A DNA stretch of 64,000 bases. Origin: the human T2T-CHM13v2.0 reference genome, Homo sapiens. The translations under genes were made by a program, and so were the position numbers. Position 1 is the first letter of the stretch, and every line of letters starts with the position of its first letter. The DNA lies in the NCBI RefSeq assembly GCF_009914755.1, contig NC_060928.1; one strand, 5' to 3'. This document shows, one piece after another, positions 12,874 to 26,829 of this stretch. The notes under the pieces were generated by a model. It ran no database searches. It was not told the DNA's origin and worked only from the letters and a program-made list of their open reading frames with translations.

Positions 12874-15800
12874 GTGTAGGTGAAATGAAATAATTTTACT
12901 GAATCTGATACAAATCTTCATATATCTCACATGACTGTGTTTTAGAAGAATGATAAAACATTTTAGATTTGAATTTGGCGTAGATAATCAAACACTCTCT
13001 ATTGAATTCAAAAGGTAGTCTTAGCATTGCCTAAATTAATCCAAGGAAAATCATAATATAAAACTGTTTTCCATGTGAGAAAATCAGAGTTTACAAGTCA
13101 TGAAGAAGAGCTATTTAGTGGGGTTTGATTTACCATCACACTTTTTTCAGACAGTATTTTGAAGTGGAAGCATCAGGTTGTCAGGTTCAGTTGGCAAGAC
13201 CTGACACTGTTCACTCACACAGTAGCTCTCTGGCCTTAGGCAACTTCTCATCTGCTCCCTCATCTATAAAGTGGGGGTAAAGAGGTGCAAAGAAACATTG
13301 TGTGTGAGAGACCTCAGAAGTAGGGGAGTGCAGGACAAATATCATCTTTATAACTTAAGCTTTTATTATTAAATTCCTTTCTTCACATCATAAAACAGTA
13401 GAAAACATTGTTTTTGTTTTTTTTTTTAAACTACATAGAATAAAATTGATGTCCTAATGTTCTAAAGAAAAAAAAAGAAAGGAAAACATATAACCTCATA
13501 CTGGGAAATGAGAGTAAAGAGGGACCAACATGCACCAGATGCCCATTACGAGGTAAATATTGGGCTGGGCACTGTGCAGCCTGTCCAAAAAAAAAAAAAA
13601 AAAAAGACATGGAGAGATGGTCAAGCTGAAGGAGACAGGAATCAGTAGAAAGGCTCTGATAGGACCAGCCAGTACAAGAAAATGATTTGAGTGCACAGTA
13701 AAGTGAAGAAAAATAGAAATCTGAGGAATAGGAATGGCTTAGAAAGTGACTATTAAAGTAATAATAGAGAAAAACATCCAACTGCAGAATTTTTAACTTA
13801 TCAAAATGTGAAGAGCATAATGGCATTTATGTTTTCACAATTATTTCCCATTAGGTTAAAAAATATGGGAAAAAGACATCAAGTATTTTACCTAAATACT
13901 ATATTTAGGAAGATTTAATTTTGATATAACTTAATTACTAATTCTAATTTCTAATATAATCTCCTCTTTTAAAAGTGCAATAATTTGAAAAATAAACACA
14001 AAAATAAAAACAAAATAAAAAGATTATATACCACTAAATAAATTTTGAAAATGCATTTAATAAATGCTGACTCTCAAATAGGTAAAGTCATTTACCAAAT
14101 GATAAAGTGGCGGCCACTGTCAAATGTTAAATGTTTATGACTTAAACTTGGAAAAAATTTTAGTTGACTAGGATATTCTATCTTGAGTGCTTAATAACTT
14201 AAAGAAAAATTAATATTATATATGCTTATGTTTTCTAATACTTCATAACATTTTCAAATAGCTTCATTGTCATAAGCATTTAGCTTCTACAGCTCACACC
14301 ATAATGTAGTTTTAAAGTGTATTTGAATTCCATAAGCACCCATTCATCATGCATTTGGAAACAATACCTTTACTTAGCAATTGTCACATAGTGTCAGTTA
14401 GTATCATTGTCATTTGGAAAATGCTTCACAGTGAGAAATGTGTTACTCTGACTTGTGACTTCACATGCACAGCTCCAGTTACATGTCTACAGATGATAAA
14501 TATAATGGTCTTTTTTTCCAATAGAACTATAAATTTAAGGAAAAGAAAGTAACTTGGAATAGAAGAATTGGCAGATTAGGTAACAGAAAAAGCCAAACTG
14601 CATGTCAGCTAGGTCTCCATTTTCTTCCTCTGGCTATCTCCCATGTTCCTGGAGCTGTTGGTAGCAATTTCAAAAATGTGTCTTATTGGTTGAAATTTGC
14701 CATATTCCCTTCCCAAATAAGGGTATTATTCCACTTGATTGTCCAGTTCCATTTCTCAGGCTTTTGCTTAATTCACTTCTATTTATTCAACTGTTCACCG
14801 GGTCTCCCTGATTGTGCCCTCTTAGTGCTTCAGGGTGCCACCACTCACATCCTGGAGCTTGGAGGGACAGGTGGCTCTCTTTTTGGAGACTGCAACATTA
14901 CAGGCTCATATCCATTCTCTTCTTGAGGAACAATAGGCTATTTTGTGCAACCGTACAAAATAACCCATAGGTTTTTCAGAAAAGAGGGAAAAAACCAAAA
15001 GAACAACAAAGATATGAGATTTATGTGGTCCTTTTCCTAGTTGTATTCTCCTAAGCCGCAGAGATGCCACTCACAGACAATGCTCTTAAATCCACCTCTG
15101 CAATCTTTGGACATGTGGGGCAGGTGGTGGAGGGAGAGGTCTTTGTGCTCACATGGTTGGTGGGTGGGGAGAGAAGAAGGTGGCAGGTGTCAAGACTGCT
15201 AGCTCTAATTCTGTTCACTGAGAGGTGTTTGGTGTATTCTTTTTGGAGATGTACCCAAACTGTCTTGATGATATATTTGGCTCTCCGTTTTGGAGAATAA
15301 AAACCCAATATGTCATGCTATGTATAACAATACAAGTTTTCGTGCCCTTTTTCTCCTTCTTAAATTAGTGTTCTTCAATATAAGGACAGCGGAAACAGTG
15401 TGAAATAATAAAGACCACAAGCTTTTCTTAGATTCTTTTGCATGCCTCAACAGGGACACCACATTCTGCTTTTGACACAAAATAAAATTACCCAAAGAAG
15501 TCTCAAAGCAAGACATTAGAGAGTTTTTAAAAACGATTATATTAGCAGAAGCTTTCAATTAGTAGCAAAGTGGAAATACACTGCGTGCCCACATGGGCCA
15601 TCTCTTTTTGGGAGTTGAGGCTCCACATGGCTTAACTGGAAGGCAGAAAACATTGTACCTTCTCAGGAGCATACAAGATTTAAGGAGGAGGTTGAAACAA
15701 ACTCTTTATTCCAGAGAAAACAATATAATATAATGTAATATGATATAGTTAATATAGCAACTTATTTAGAGATAAAAAGAATCATGCTCATTTTCGGATA

Positions 15801-16559
15801 CGATCTTGAGTCCAGAGCAAGTGACTGTGAACTTTCATGTACTGAACTAGAGGGTCCTCTTCTCCTTTTGAATCTCACTCTATTTTCTTGTCCTTCCCCA
15901 TTGGCGGTAAAGACTATGTTTGATCCCTATGCTCTAGGGCCAGGGACACCAGAGTTTGCTGTGTCCTTACCAATCTACCAATTAAACATACTGTCCAGAA
16001 CATAGTCTTGATTTATCATTATTGAGAAGACACAGATACAGAGTATTGTGACTCTGCGTAGTAGACTAAACAGGGCTCTGAGGCAGCAAAAGGAAATGTG
16101 GCCATCAGCATCACAGAGAGCTCATGACTGCCCAGGTGAGTGCCACACCCAAGTACATCATCTGCCCTTAGTATCACTTATTTCATAGTCGATCTTGTGA
16201 TTGCTGTGTGAAATAATTTACATTTGCTTCCAAAATATTAATTTGGTAGTATCTTAAATTTTTTCTTCTGGTGATTCTTCCTTTTTGTGCTATGTAAGGA
16301 TCCTTCTGTGTTGTTATAAGGATCAAATATGAAGATAGATGTGGAAGTTTTAGAAAACAGAATTTTCCTAAACCTAAGTTTGCAGAGTTTTCAGTAAGAA
16401 GAGAACAGTTCTTCACCCGCAGAAATCATAGAAGGAGATAGTATTTGGGAGGGAATCAGCAGGGTGAGTCCTTCTGTTAGATTGATCCAGAGGAAATTGT
16501 TATTTTCTTCAGGTCAAAAATGGGTGAATGTTCAGAAATTTCAAATAGTTCAACTTGAC

Positions 16560-16765
16560 ATACGGGCAGTGTCAGCATGTCGTGGGAACAGAACTGGACT
16601 GAGTGAGGAGATCTGGGCTGGAGTCTTGGCAACACCGCTAACTAAAGGTGTGGCCCTGGGTGAATCACTTACTTCGCAGGGCATCGTTTCCCCATCCCTC
16701 AGATGAGGGAGTGGAATTAGGACCTTTCTGAGTTCCTTTTCAGGTTTAACATTCTGTGATTCTTT
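16560..16765 (+). mobile_element. MIR SINE
   Basis: ggcagtgt...gaactggactgag...ggagatctggg...tgtggccctgggtgaatcacttact...gtttccccatc. Confidence 0.7.
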
Positions 16766-17229
16766 CTGCCCCCCTTAGCATGTGGCACCATTACAGCAAT
16801 CCAGAAAACAGATTAACTTATTATGTCTCATTTTGGACAAATAATAATATCACTCAGCAAAAGTTGTTGTAACTTGATATATTAAGTGAGCTTTAAGCTC
16901 CCTGGAGGTCTAAGCTGTGTGAGGAGGGTGAATTCCCTAGAAGGCATACAAACTGTCTGGGAACAGAAGTGCACTGGCAAATCTAGAGGTGTAATCTTAA
17001 CATTGACTGCATATTATCACCAAGTCTTTTCATATCCATTATCTCATGTGCAAATCCAATCCTTACAACAACTTTCAAGAGTGGGAACAGTCATACTTGA
17101 TATTTGACAAATGGAGTACCTGCAGTTTAGTAACTGTGCCTTTCTTGAGGTCACAGTGCTAGTAAAAAAAAAATGTAAAAATAGGCAAAGCTCTCTACAG
17201 TCTGGATCCTTTCTACCTCTCCATCGTCT

Positions 17230-17570
17230 CCTACCTCTCTTACTGACTTTGGAGCACACAGGCCAGCGATACCAAGTTCTCATGCTGTTTCACATCTCTG
17301 AAAACTCTTATTCATCCTTGAAGGCCCTGTTTGAATGTTGCTTCTTAATGAAGCTTCCATGGGTAATGGTTTGTCTCTGCTACCCTTGCACATACTTCCT
17401 TTTTGCACCTCTCAGGGTACTGCAGTTGATTGTCTACATGTCAGTCTCTTTCCAGATTTGGAGCTGATTGCTCCAAATTACTCCAAGTGTCTTTTCACTT
17501 TGGAGTCCCTAGCACACAAGCACAGTTCCTGGCAATTAACAGGGGCTTAATCAATACCTGTTGAATGACA
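17230..17570 (+). mobile_element. L2 3' fragment
   Basis: Ends ...agcacagttcctggcaattaacaggggcttaatcaatacctgttgaatga. Confidence 0.65.
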
Positions 17571-17724
17571 ATGCTTTCTGGAGAAAAAAATGACCTAAAT
17601 GTAGACTCAAAGAAGAATAGAATGAGCACTGCTAATAATTCAACCTATGTATAGTTTGTAAATGTATTACTTTAGTTATCTTGTTACATAACTATGTAGA
17701 TAATGGGTTAAAAATTTCTGGTAA

Positions 17725-17970
<246 letters not shown>

Positions 17971-19294
17971 TTAGCAACAGAACCAGTACCTATAGTCAGG
18001 CTTTTAGATTCTTAGCTTAGAGCTTCTATAAAATACTGTATGTACAGCCAGGCTGTGAACCAATCTTTAAGTTATGAGGGTCTTATTCTAGAGCAATCTT
18101 TAAAAAAATGATAAAAATGACTTACATGTCCGTAGTATATATTATTTAACTTTTTATTCAAAATCTAGCATTCTCATGTTCTATAAATTGATCATGTTAC
18201 ATTGGTCATATAGAGTTGTACTTGATTGGCATTAAAATTAGATAGTATAATAAATAAAAACAAATATTTCCTGAAAGCCATAATGCACTGTACATCTTAG
18301 AAACACCTGGTCCCAATCAAACTAAGCCCCTTTTCTTCCTTATACACATAGCAGACAGCCCAAGGGTGCCTGTGCTAATGTCAGTGAAAATAGGAGGTGT
18401 AAAAGCCAGAAACACTTATTTTTCTAAGAATACAAAGATAAATGTCATATCCCTACACAGCTTATGTACACAGTGTACTCAAAGGAGAAATAAGATGACT
18501 CCAACAACAATTTGATTCATAGATATGAGGAAAAGGGAAGCCACCTGAAGGTCTACATGAAAAAAAGGAGATAAAAAAGAAGCCTTGTAGAGGCATAAAA
18601 ATAAAGTTCTACTGACCACAGCCCAGGTTTTAGAACCAAGTGTATTCACTAACAATTGTGAGTTTGGCTGAACCTTGGATCTATCTAACAAATCCTTAAG
18701 TGAATGGGGGATGGATGACCTCTGGTTGAGACTTCTTTTTGAGGTTTAATAAAACAATAATTAGCGAGGAAAGGTTGGAAGTTAAGTAAACCACAGCACA
18801 GCTCTGTAATCATAATATCCATTGTTAGTCCACACATTGCAAAAATAGCCAAACCAGAGATGTAACAGATGTCATTAGCCAAGTTCTTGGCCAACACTTA
18901 TCAGGCTAAGAATACAAGCTGAGCTTTTCTTTTCAGGGGAAGCATTCCATTTGCCAGAAATTCCTTCCTGCCAGACCACAAATCAATAATTGTTAGTTAA
19001 ATAAAAAGCTTCCACTTAACTTACACACTCTTGGGTAAAATATTCCTTTTTCTAGAAATAAAAATGCCCTTTATATAGCATAAGCTATAAATGATCCCAA
19101 AGGGTTCCACTAAAGCAATAAACTGTCAAATTCATAAATCTTATATACCCTTAAGGAAAATAGAACTGGGTCTGTTAGGCATCATTTTGAATGATGCTGT
19201 ATAGAGAGGAAAAATTTTAAAGATGGCAGAATAATCATAGATGAATCATGTTCAGTGGCAGACTAAACTTGGATACTGCCTGCAGTCATGTTAA

Positions 19295-21240
19295 ACAGAA
19301 ATTCAGTTCAAAAACCATTTATAATACCTAGAAAGAAGCTTACCCCAAAAGGTGAAAGACCTCTACACTGAAAACTATAAAACATTGTTGAAGAAATTGA
19401 AGAAGACACAAATAAATGGAAAGATATCCTGTGTTTCTGGATTCTAAGTATTAGTATTGTTAAAATGGCCATACTACCCAAAGCAATCTACAGATTTAAC
19501 ACAATACAATCCCTGTCAAAGTACCAATGACATTCTTCACAGAAGAGATAACAATAATAGAATTTATATAGCGAGTAGCCAAATAATCCTGAGCTTAAAT
19601 AACAAATTTGGAGGCACCACACTACCTGACCTCAAAATACACTACAAAGAAATAGTAACAAAAACAGCATAGTACTGGCATAAGAACAGACACACAGACC
19701 AATTAAACAGAATAGAGATCCAAGAAATAAATTCGTGCACCTGCAGCCAACTTATTTTTAGCAAAGGTAACAAGAACACACATCGAGGGAAAGAGTCTCT
19801 TCCATAAATGGTGCTGGGAAAATTGGATAGCCAAATGCAGAAGAATGAGGCTAGACCTCTATTTCTCATCATGTACAAAAATCAACTCAAAATGGATTAA
19901 AGAATTAAGTGTAAAACTCACAACTATGCAACTACTGGGAGAAAACATAGGGGATACACTTCATAACATTGGGCTGGGAAAGGGTTTTTTAAATAAGACC
20001 TTAAAAGCACAGGCAATGAAAGCAAAAATAGACAAATGGAATGACATCAAACTCACATGCTTTTGCACAGCAAAGGAAACAATCTACACAATGGTAGGAA
20101 GTGTTTGCAAACTACACATCTGACAAGGAGTTAATATATGAATATATAAGGAACCTAACAGCAAAAAAACACAAACAAACAAAATAATCCAGAAAACAAT
20201 GGGCAGAAGGCCTTAATAAACATTTCTCAAAAGAAGATATACAAATGGCCAACGGGTATATGAAAAAGTGTTTAATATCACTAATTATCAAGGAAATGCA
20301 AATCAAAATCACAATGGGATACCACCTCACTCCAGTTAGGATGGCTATTATCAAAAAGACAAAAGTCAACAAGTGTTGGTGAGGATACAGAGAAAAAGGA
20401 ACACTTACTGCTGGTAGGAATATAAAGTAGTACAGCAATGATGGGAAACAGTATTTTGGAAGTTCCTCAGAAAATTAAAAATAGAACTACCAAAGGATCC
20501 AGTAATCCCACTGCTGGGTATATATCAAAAGGAAATAAAATCAATATGCTGAAGAGGTATCTGCACTCCAGTGTTTATTGCAACACTATTTACAATAGCC
20601 AAGATATTGGATCAGTGTAAGTGTCCCAAAACAGGTGAATGGATAAAGAAAATGTGGTATAGAAACACAATGTTTATATTATATAATATATAAAGTATAT
20701 AAATATAAACACAACCATAGAAAAGAGGAAAAATCTTGTTTTTTAAATCATGTTGTTTACAACAACATGAATGAACCTGGGAGACTTCATGTTAAGTGAA
20801 ATAAACCAGACACAGAAATGCAAATACTGCACAGTCTCACTTGTGGGATTTTTTTTTAAAAGTTGGTGTCATAGAAACAGAGAGCAGAACAGTGGTTATC
20901 AGAGACTGGGGAGGGCAGTTGGGAGGGGAGGATGAGGAGAGGCTGGTCAACAGGCAGAAAGTTACAATAAGGTGGGAGAAATAAGTTCTGGTGTTCTGTT
21001 GCACAGTAGGGTGACTCTGGTAAATGGTAAGGTATTGCATGCTACAAAATAACTAGAAGAGAGGCTTTTGAATGTTCTCACCACAAAGAAATGAGAAATG
21101 CATGAGGTGATGGATACGGTAATTACCTTGATTCGATCAGTATTTAACACATACATTATGGAATTATCAAATTGTACCCTATAAATATGTACAAGTACAG
21201 CATATCAATTACAAATTATTTAAAATATATTTTATTAAAA
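19295..21240 (+). mobile_element. L1MA-family 3' portion (decayed ORF2 C-terminus and 3'UTR)
   Basis: ORF-track fragments ([10 protein letters not shown]...[19 protein letters not shown]) resemble L1 ORF2; the L1MA-type 3'UTR reads gaataagttctggtgttct.ttgcacagtagggtgact. Confidence 0.9.
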
Positions 21241-21428
21241 TGAAAATAGTTTTGGGGACTTTGGATTGTATATACTGTTTTATGAATTATGCTGCTGCAT
21301 AATTTAACATAGGATACTGTTATACGATGATCAGGAGCATCCAAACACGGACAGAAATTGACAAGAGAACAATCCAGGCTCTTGGTCTCTGTAACTTTCT
21401 GTTAATCTTATTCCCCTCCTGCTCTGCA

Positions 21429-21462
21429 TATGTGTGTGTGTGTGTGTGTGTGTGCGCGTGTG
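21429..21462. repeat. (TG)n microsatellite
   Basis: Direct read. Confidence 0.95.
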
Positions 21463-22607
21463 CATTTGCACACGTGTTTCTTTTCCCAGGGCCGCTTTCT
21501 GTTTCTTTTATCTTGCCCTTCTCCGTGTATCTGCATCATCTTCCTATTTCTACTTTTTTGTCTTTATGCATACGTGAGCTCTTTCCATTTTCCGTAAGGT
21601 CATTTAGTTTTGTATACACTATCCTTAAAAAATCTAAAATATAAAGAATGAGTATCTAATAATAAGCATCCACGAAGAGATTTCTCAATGTATTTGTTTC
21701 CTTTACCATGTCTCTGGAGTCAAACCTTGTAGATCCCTGGAAATTTGTGATAAAATCTCAAGGTAATGCTTCACTTCCACATCTTTAATTGAACACAGAC
21801 ACAAAAATGGGCATGATCTCTGAGGTTGTTTCCAGTCTTTAGATCAATAACTTTGAGTATAGTAATAATTATAATAATAGCTTCTATAATTTTACCTTTT
21901 TGAAAAATAACAAAAGGCAAGTTCAATCTACAAAGCATATAATTTTTAAAAAAGCATTTCTTGGAGTTTATAAGGAAAGTAAACATTTTCTCACAAAGAA
22001 CATATAAACTTTATAGTACAAGCTATACAACAAAAATATGACTGCTCTGGCAAGCCAAGGTCCTCTGCCCAGCCATAGAGGTTCCATAGTTATATTAGGG
22101 TAGGTGGCCTTTTGGTTTCCCAGGGAAAGCCCAGGAAGAAGTTATAGATTGAGGATTAAAATGCACCATTTCCCCTCAAATCTGTCCTTTCCAAAATTAT
22201 TATTACCATAATTTCTGATTCTGGCCTTCTTTCTATGTATTAGTAATGGGTGATAAAGCGAACTGGGGATAAGCATCACTAGTGAAAAGATAACTATTTC
22301 TTAAGTGAAGACACATGAATCTGCTTTTCTCATGCAGCTTGTACACGAGAGTCCAGCAGGACTGTGGCCCACCTCAACAGAAGAGGAACTGTGTGCTCCG
22401 TGAGGATGGTAAGATAATCATTGAAAGCCTAGGGGTTTTGCTAGTGTGGGGCGAAGACATTCATGGTCTGTGGAACTGTTTCGTAGCTCTTGCAAACTCT
22501 CTACTTAAACCTGAGAAAAAGAGGCACCAATTTACTCTGATTGAATTTTCATTCAGGGTACCTCTACTTGCTTCAAGAATGGTGACAACTTTTTGATGGA
22601 ATAGTCA

Positions 22608-23065
22608 CTGGGATAGTTAATTTCATGTGTCAATGCAGCTAGGCTATGGTGCTCAGTCTAGATGTTGCTGTGACAGTATTTGTGTATGCGATTAACATTT
22701 ATAATTCGTTGACTTTAAGTAAAGCAGATTACCCTCCATAATGTTGGTGGGCCTCATTCAATCAGTTAAGAGCCTTATGAGCAAAGACTAAGGTTTCCCC
22801 AGTAAGCAATCCTACCTCATGACTGAAACATAGAAACCCTGCCTTACTTTCCTGCCTGCTGGCTTGTCCTGCAGATTTCAGACTCAAGACTGTAACATCA
22901 ACTCTTAACTGAATTTCCAGCCTTTCCTACAGATTTTGTATCTGCTAGCCCCCACAACTGTGTCAGCCAGTAAATATCTATGTTTTATCTATTTATCAAT
23001 CTATCTACTTATCTATCAATATATTGGTTCTTTTTCTGATTCTCTGGAGAATCCCAACTAGTATA
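22608..23065 (+). mobile_element. MLT2 (ERVL) solo LTR
   Basis: gatagttaatttcatgtgtcaa...gactttaagtaaagcagattaccctccataatg.tggtgggcctcat.caatcagtt...attggttc...tctctggagaa.cc.aactagtata. Confidence 0.85.
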
Positions 23066-23647
23066 GCTACTATGATATTCACCGCTTGCCTTTTTTTCTT
23101 CATCTGTGAAACTTTGCTAGATACAGGCATCTTACAAAATCTCATATCTTAATTACTTTTAATTATTATTTACATGTTTGGACCCTGTCTTCATGTTTTG
23201 TTTGCTTGTTTTAATTCAGTAAGGAGCATTTTGTATATGTATTCTTTGCAACAAGAACCCTTTGTAGGGGGAGATTTGCCCCTTCCCCAGTGAGAGAGAT
23301 GAAGTATTTTAATGTTACCTAATTTGCCTAAAGCACTTTCATGAAGATTGAAACTCAGATCCTTCACTGGAGAATACATAATAATAACAAAAAAAAGAAA
23401 TCCTCTGTTTATAAAAGTTGCCCAACATTTAAAATTGTTGGAAAATATGAGGAAGAATAAGACATACAACATGAAAGCTTAAGAATGTTTTACATAAAAT
23501 ACACTGAATATTCATTCAAAGATCCTTCAGAGGAAAACTTGAGTTGCAAAATTGATGCATTAGCAAACATTACTTAAGGTATTAGGACATGCTGTATTTT
23601 TATGTACTAAGCATTAGTTGGTTTTCTTTTTTTTTAGAGACAGAGTC

Positions 23648-26039
23648 TGATATGATTTGGTTCTGTGTCCCCACCCAATCTCATCCTGAAATGTAATAAT
23701 CCCCACATGTCAAGGGCAGGACAAGAGGGAGATAATTGAATCATGGGGGCAGTTTCAGCCATGCTGGTCTTGTGATAATGAATGAGTTCTCACAAGATCT
23801 GATGGTTTTTACAAGGGGCTTCCTCCTTCTCTCAGCACTCACTTCTCCTTCCTGCCACCAAGTGAAGAAGGACATGTTTGCTTCCCCTTCCACCATAATT
23901 GTGAATTTCTTGAGGCCCTCCCAGCCCTGCAGAACTGTGAATCAATTAAACCTCTATCCTTTGTAAATTACCCAGTCTCAGGCAGTTCTTCATCGAAGCA
24001 TGAGAACAGACTAATGCAGTAAATTTGATACTGCAGAGAGTGGGGTTCTTCTATAAAGATACCCAAAAATGTGGAAGCGACTTTGGAACTGGACAACTGG
24101 CAGAGGTTGGAAGTTTGTAGGGCTCAGAAGAAGATAGGAAAATGTGGAAAAGTTTAGAACTTCCTAGAGACTTGTAGGGCTCAGAAGAAGATAGGAAAAT
24201 GTGGAAAAGTTTAGAACTTCCTAGAGACTTGTAGGGCTCAGAAGAAGACAGGAAGGTGTGGGAAAGTTTGGAACTTCCTAGAGACTTGTTGAATGGCTTT
24301 GACTAAAATGTTGATAGTGATATGGGCAATGAAGTCCAGGTTGAGGTGGTCTCAGATGGAGATGAGGAACTTGTCGGAAATTGAAATAAAGGTGATTCTT
24401 GCTATGCTTTAGCAAAGAGACTGGTGGCACTTTGCCTCTGCCCTAGAGATCTGTGGAACTTTGAACTTCAGAGATATGATTTAAGATGTCTGGCAGAAGA
24501 AAATTCTATGTGACAAAGCATTCAAGAGGAAGCAGACCAGAAAAGTTTGGAAAATTTGCAGTCTGACAATGTGATAGAAAAGAAAAATCTGTTTTCTGGG
24601 GAGAAATTCAAGCCTGCTGCATAAATTTGCATAAGTAATGAGGAGCCAAATGTTAGTCACCAAGACAATGGGGAAAAATGTCTCCAGGTCATATCAGAGA
24701 ACTTTGTGGCAGCCCCTCCCATCACAGGTCCAGAGGCCTAGGGGGCAAAAATTGTTTTGTGGGATGGGCCCAGGGCCTTGCTGCTTTGTGTGGTCTTGGG
24801 ACTTGGTGCCCTGTGTCCCAGCTGCTTCAGCTCCAGCCATGCCTAAAAGGGGCCAACATACAGCGCAGGCCATTGCTTCAGAGGGTGCAAGCCCTAAGCC
24901 TTGGTGGCTTACATATAGTGTTGGGCTTGTGGGTGCACTGAAGTCAAGAATTGGTGTTTGGGAACCTCTGCCTAGATTTCAGAGGATGTATGGAAGTGCC
25001 TGGATGTCCAGGCAGAAGTTTGCTGTGGATGTGAAGCCCTATGGAGAACCCCTTTTAGGGCAGTGCAGAAGGGAAATGTGGGGTTGGAGCCCTCATACAG
25101 AGTCCCCACTGGGGCACTGCCTGATTAAGCGGTGAGAAGAAGGCCACCATCCTCCAGTCCCCAGAATGGTAGATCCATTAACAGCTTACACCGTGTGCCT
25201 GGAAAAGCTGTAGACACTCAATGCCAACCCATGAAAGCAGCTGGAAAGGGGGCTGTATCCTGCAAAGCCACAGCGCAGAGCTGTTCAAGGCCATGGGAGC
25301 CCACCTCGTGCATCAGCATGACCTGGATGTGAGACATAGAGTCAAAGGAGATCATTTCAGAGCTTTAAGATTTGACTGCCCTGCTGGATTCTGGAATTGC
25401 ATGGGGCCTGTAGCGCCTTTGTTTTGACCAGTTTCTCTCATTTGGAACAGGTGTATTTACCTAATGCCTGTACTCCCATTGTATCTAGGAAGTAGCTAAC
25501 TTGCTTTTGATTTTACAGGCTCTTAGGCAGAAGGGATTTGCCTTGTCTCAGATGAGACTTTGGACTTGGACTTTTGGGTTAATTCTGGAATGAGTTAAAA
25601 CTTTAGGGAACTGTTGGAAAGGCATGATTTTGTTTTGAAATGTGAGGACATGAGATTTGGGAGGGGCCAGGGATGGAGTGAAATGGTTTGGCTCTGTGTA
25701 CCTACACCTTGAATTGTAATAATCCCCATGTGTCAAGGGCAGGACCAGGTGGAGATAAGTGAATCATGGGGGGGCAGTTCCTGCCATGCTGTTCTCATGA
25801 TACTGAGTGACTTCTCATGAGATCTGATGGCTTTATAAGGGAATTTCCCCTTTGCTTGACGCTCACTTCTCCTTCCTGCCACTAAGTGAAGAAGGACGTG
25901 TTTGCTTCCCATTCTGCTGTGATTTGTTTTCTGAGGCCTCTCCAGCCCTGTGGAACTGTGAATCAATTAAACCTCTATCTTTTATAAATTACCCAGTCTT
26001 GGGCAGTTCTTCATAGCTGTGTGAGAATGGACTAATGCA
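23648..26039 (+). mobile_element. Full-length THE1/MST (ERVL-MaLR; THE1D/MSTA-like): LTR ~23648-24018, internal ~24019-25678, LTR ~25679-26039
   Basis: Two similar LTRs (tga.atg.tttgg.tctgtgt...gactaatgca), MaLR internal sequence, and perfect 5-bp TSD gagtc (23643-23647 / 26040-26044). Confidence 0.93.
24115..24285 (+). repeat. 57-bp tandem repeat, 3 copies, in THE1 internal region
   Basis: ttgtagggctcagaagaagataggaaaatgtggaaaagtttagaacttcctagagac occurs twice identically, followed by a diverged third copy. Confidence 0.95.
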
Positions 26040-26829
26040 GAGTCCTGTTCTCTCGCGCAGGCTGGAGTGCAATGGCGTGATCATAGCTCAATGCAGCCTC
26101 AAACTCCTGGGCTCAAGCTGTCTCCCACCTCAGCCTCCTGAGGATCTGAGACTACATGTGTGCACCACCACACCCAGCTAATTAAAGCATTAAAAAAATA
26201 GAGATAGGGTCTTGCTATGTTGCCTAGGCTGGTCTCAAACTCCTGGCCTCATGTGATCCTCCTGTCTTGGCTTCCAAAAGCACTGGGATCACAGGTATAA
26301 ACTACCAAAGCTGGCCAGCTTTTTTCTTTAACTGAAATTCCATGGCTTAAAAATCTTAGTTGTATAAAATAGAGCCAATTTAATTTTAATAAGGATAGTA
26401 GAACAGAGAATATCATTTACCAAAAATGTTTATATCTGTTAAATTTCATTGTAAAGTTTTAAATGGATTCTATTGCAGTCATAGATTCTGCCTTACCAGT
26501 ATGGAAATCCTGAAAACACCATCAACTCTTCATCATCACTAAATTCTCCTTTGTCACACATGCTCCACACCTTATGTTCTTCTCACCTTGTGCATCAGAC
26601 AATATTTGGATCAGTGCTTCAGCTTTCTGGAAACCTCTGCATTCCTCCTGATCCCATTACAGACTGCATAGACTCTTGTTTGTTTTTCCTTTGTGAAAAT
26701 TAAATATACTCATACCAACCCAGGGAAAGAAAAATGTTAACCTGGGAGTGTTAATAATAAGATCCTTCACAAGGTTTAAATTTCCCATTCTCTTCAGGCA
26801 TTAGTAATACCTATTGACTACACTTTTGA

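Larger units (their letters stand above)
23622..26317 (-). mobile_element. AluJ split by THE1/MST insertion (pieces 23622-23647 and 26040-26317)
   Basis: Poly-T plus agagacagagtc on the left resumes after the element as ctgttctctcgcgcaggctggagtgc...gatcatagctca..gcagcctcaaactcctgggctcaag (AluJ diagnostics). Confidence 0.85.

Noticed and set aside
24115-24285. CRISPR-like array
   Set aside because: Head-to-tail repeats with no spacers, inside a THE1 element in human DNA.
24638-25427. ORFs up to 165 aa in THE1 internal region
   Set aside because: Typical incidental or decayed MaLR internal frames with no sign of an intact gene.
23910-25955. PRDM9 hotspot motif in THE1 LTRs
   Set aside because: The corresponding sites (ccctcccagccctg; cctctccagccctg) do not fit CCNCCNTNNCCNC.
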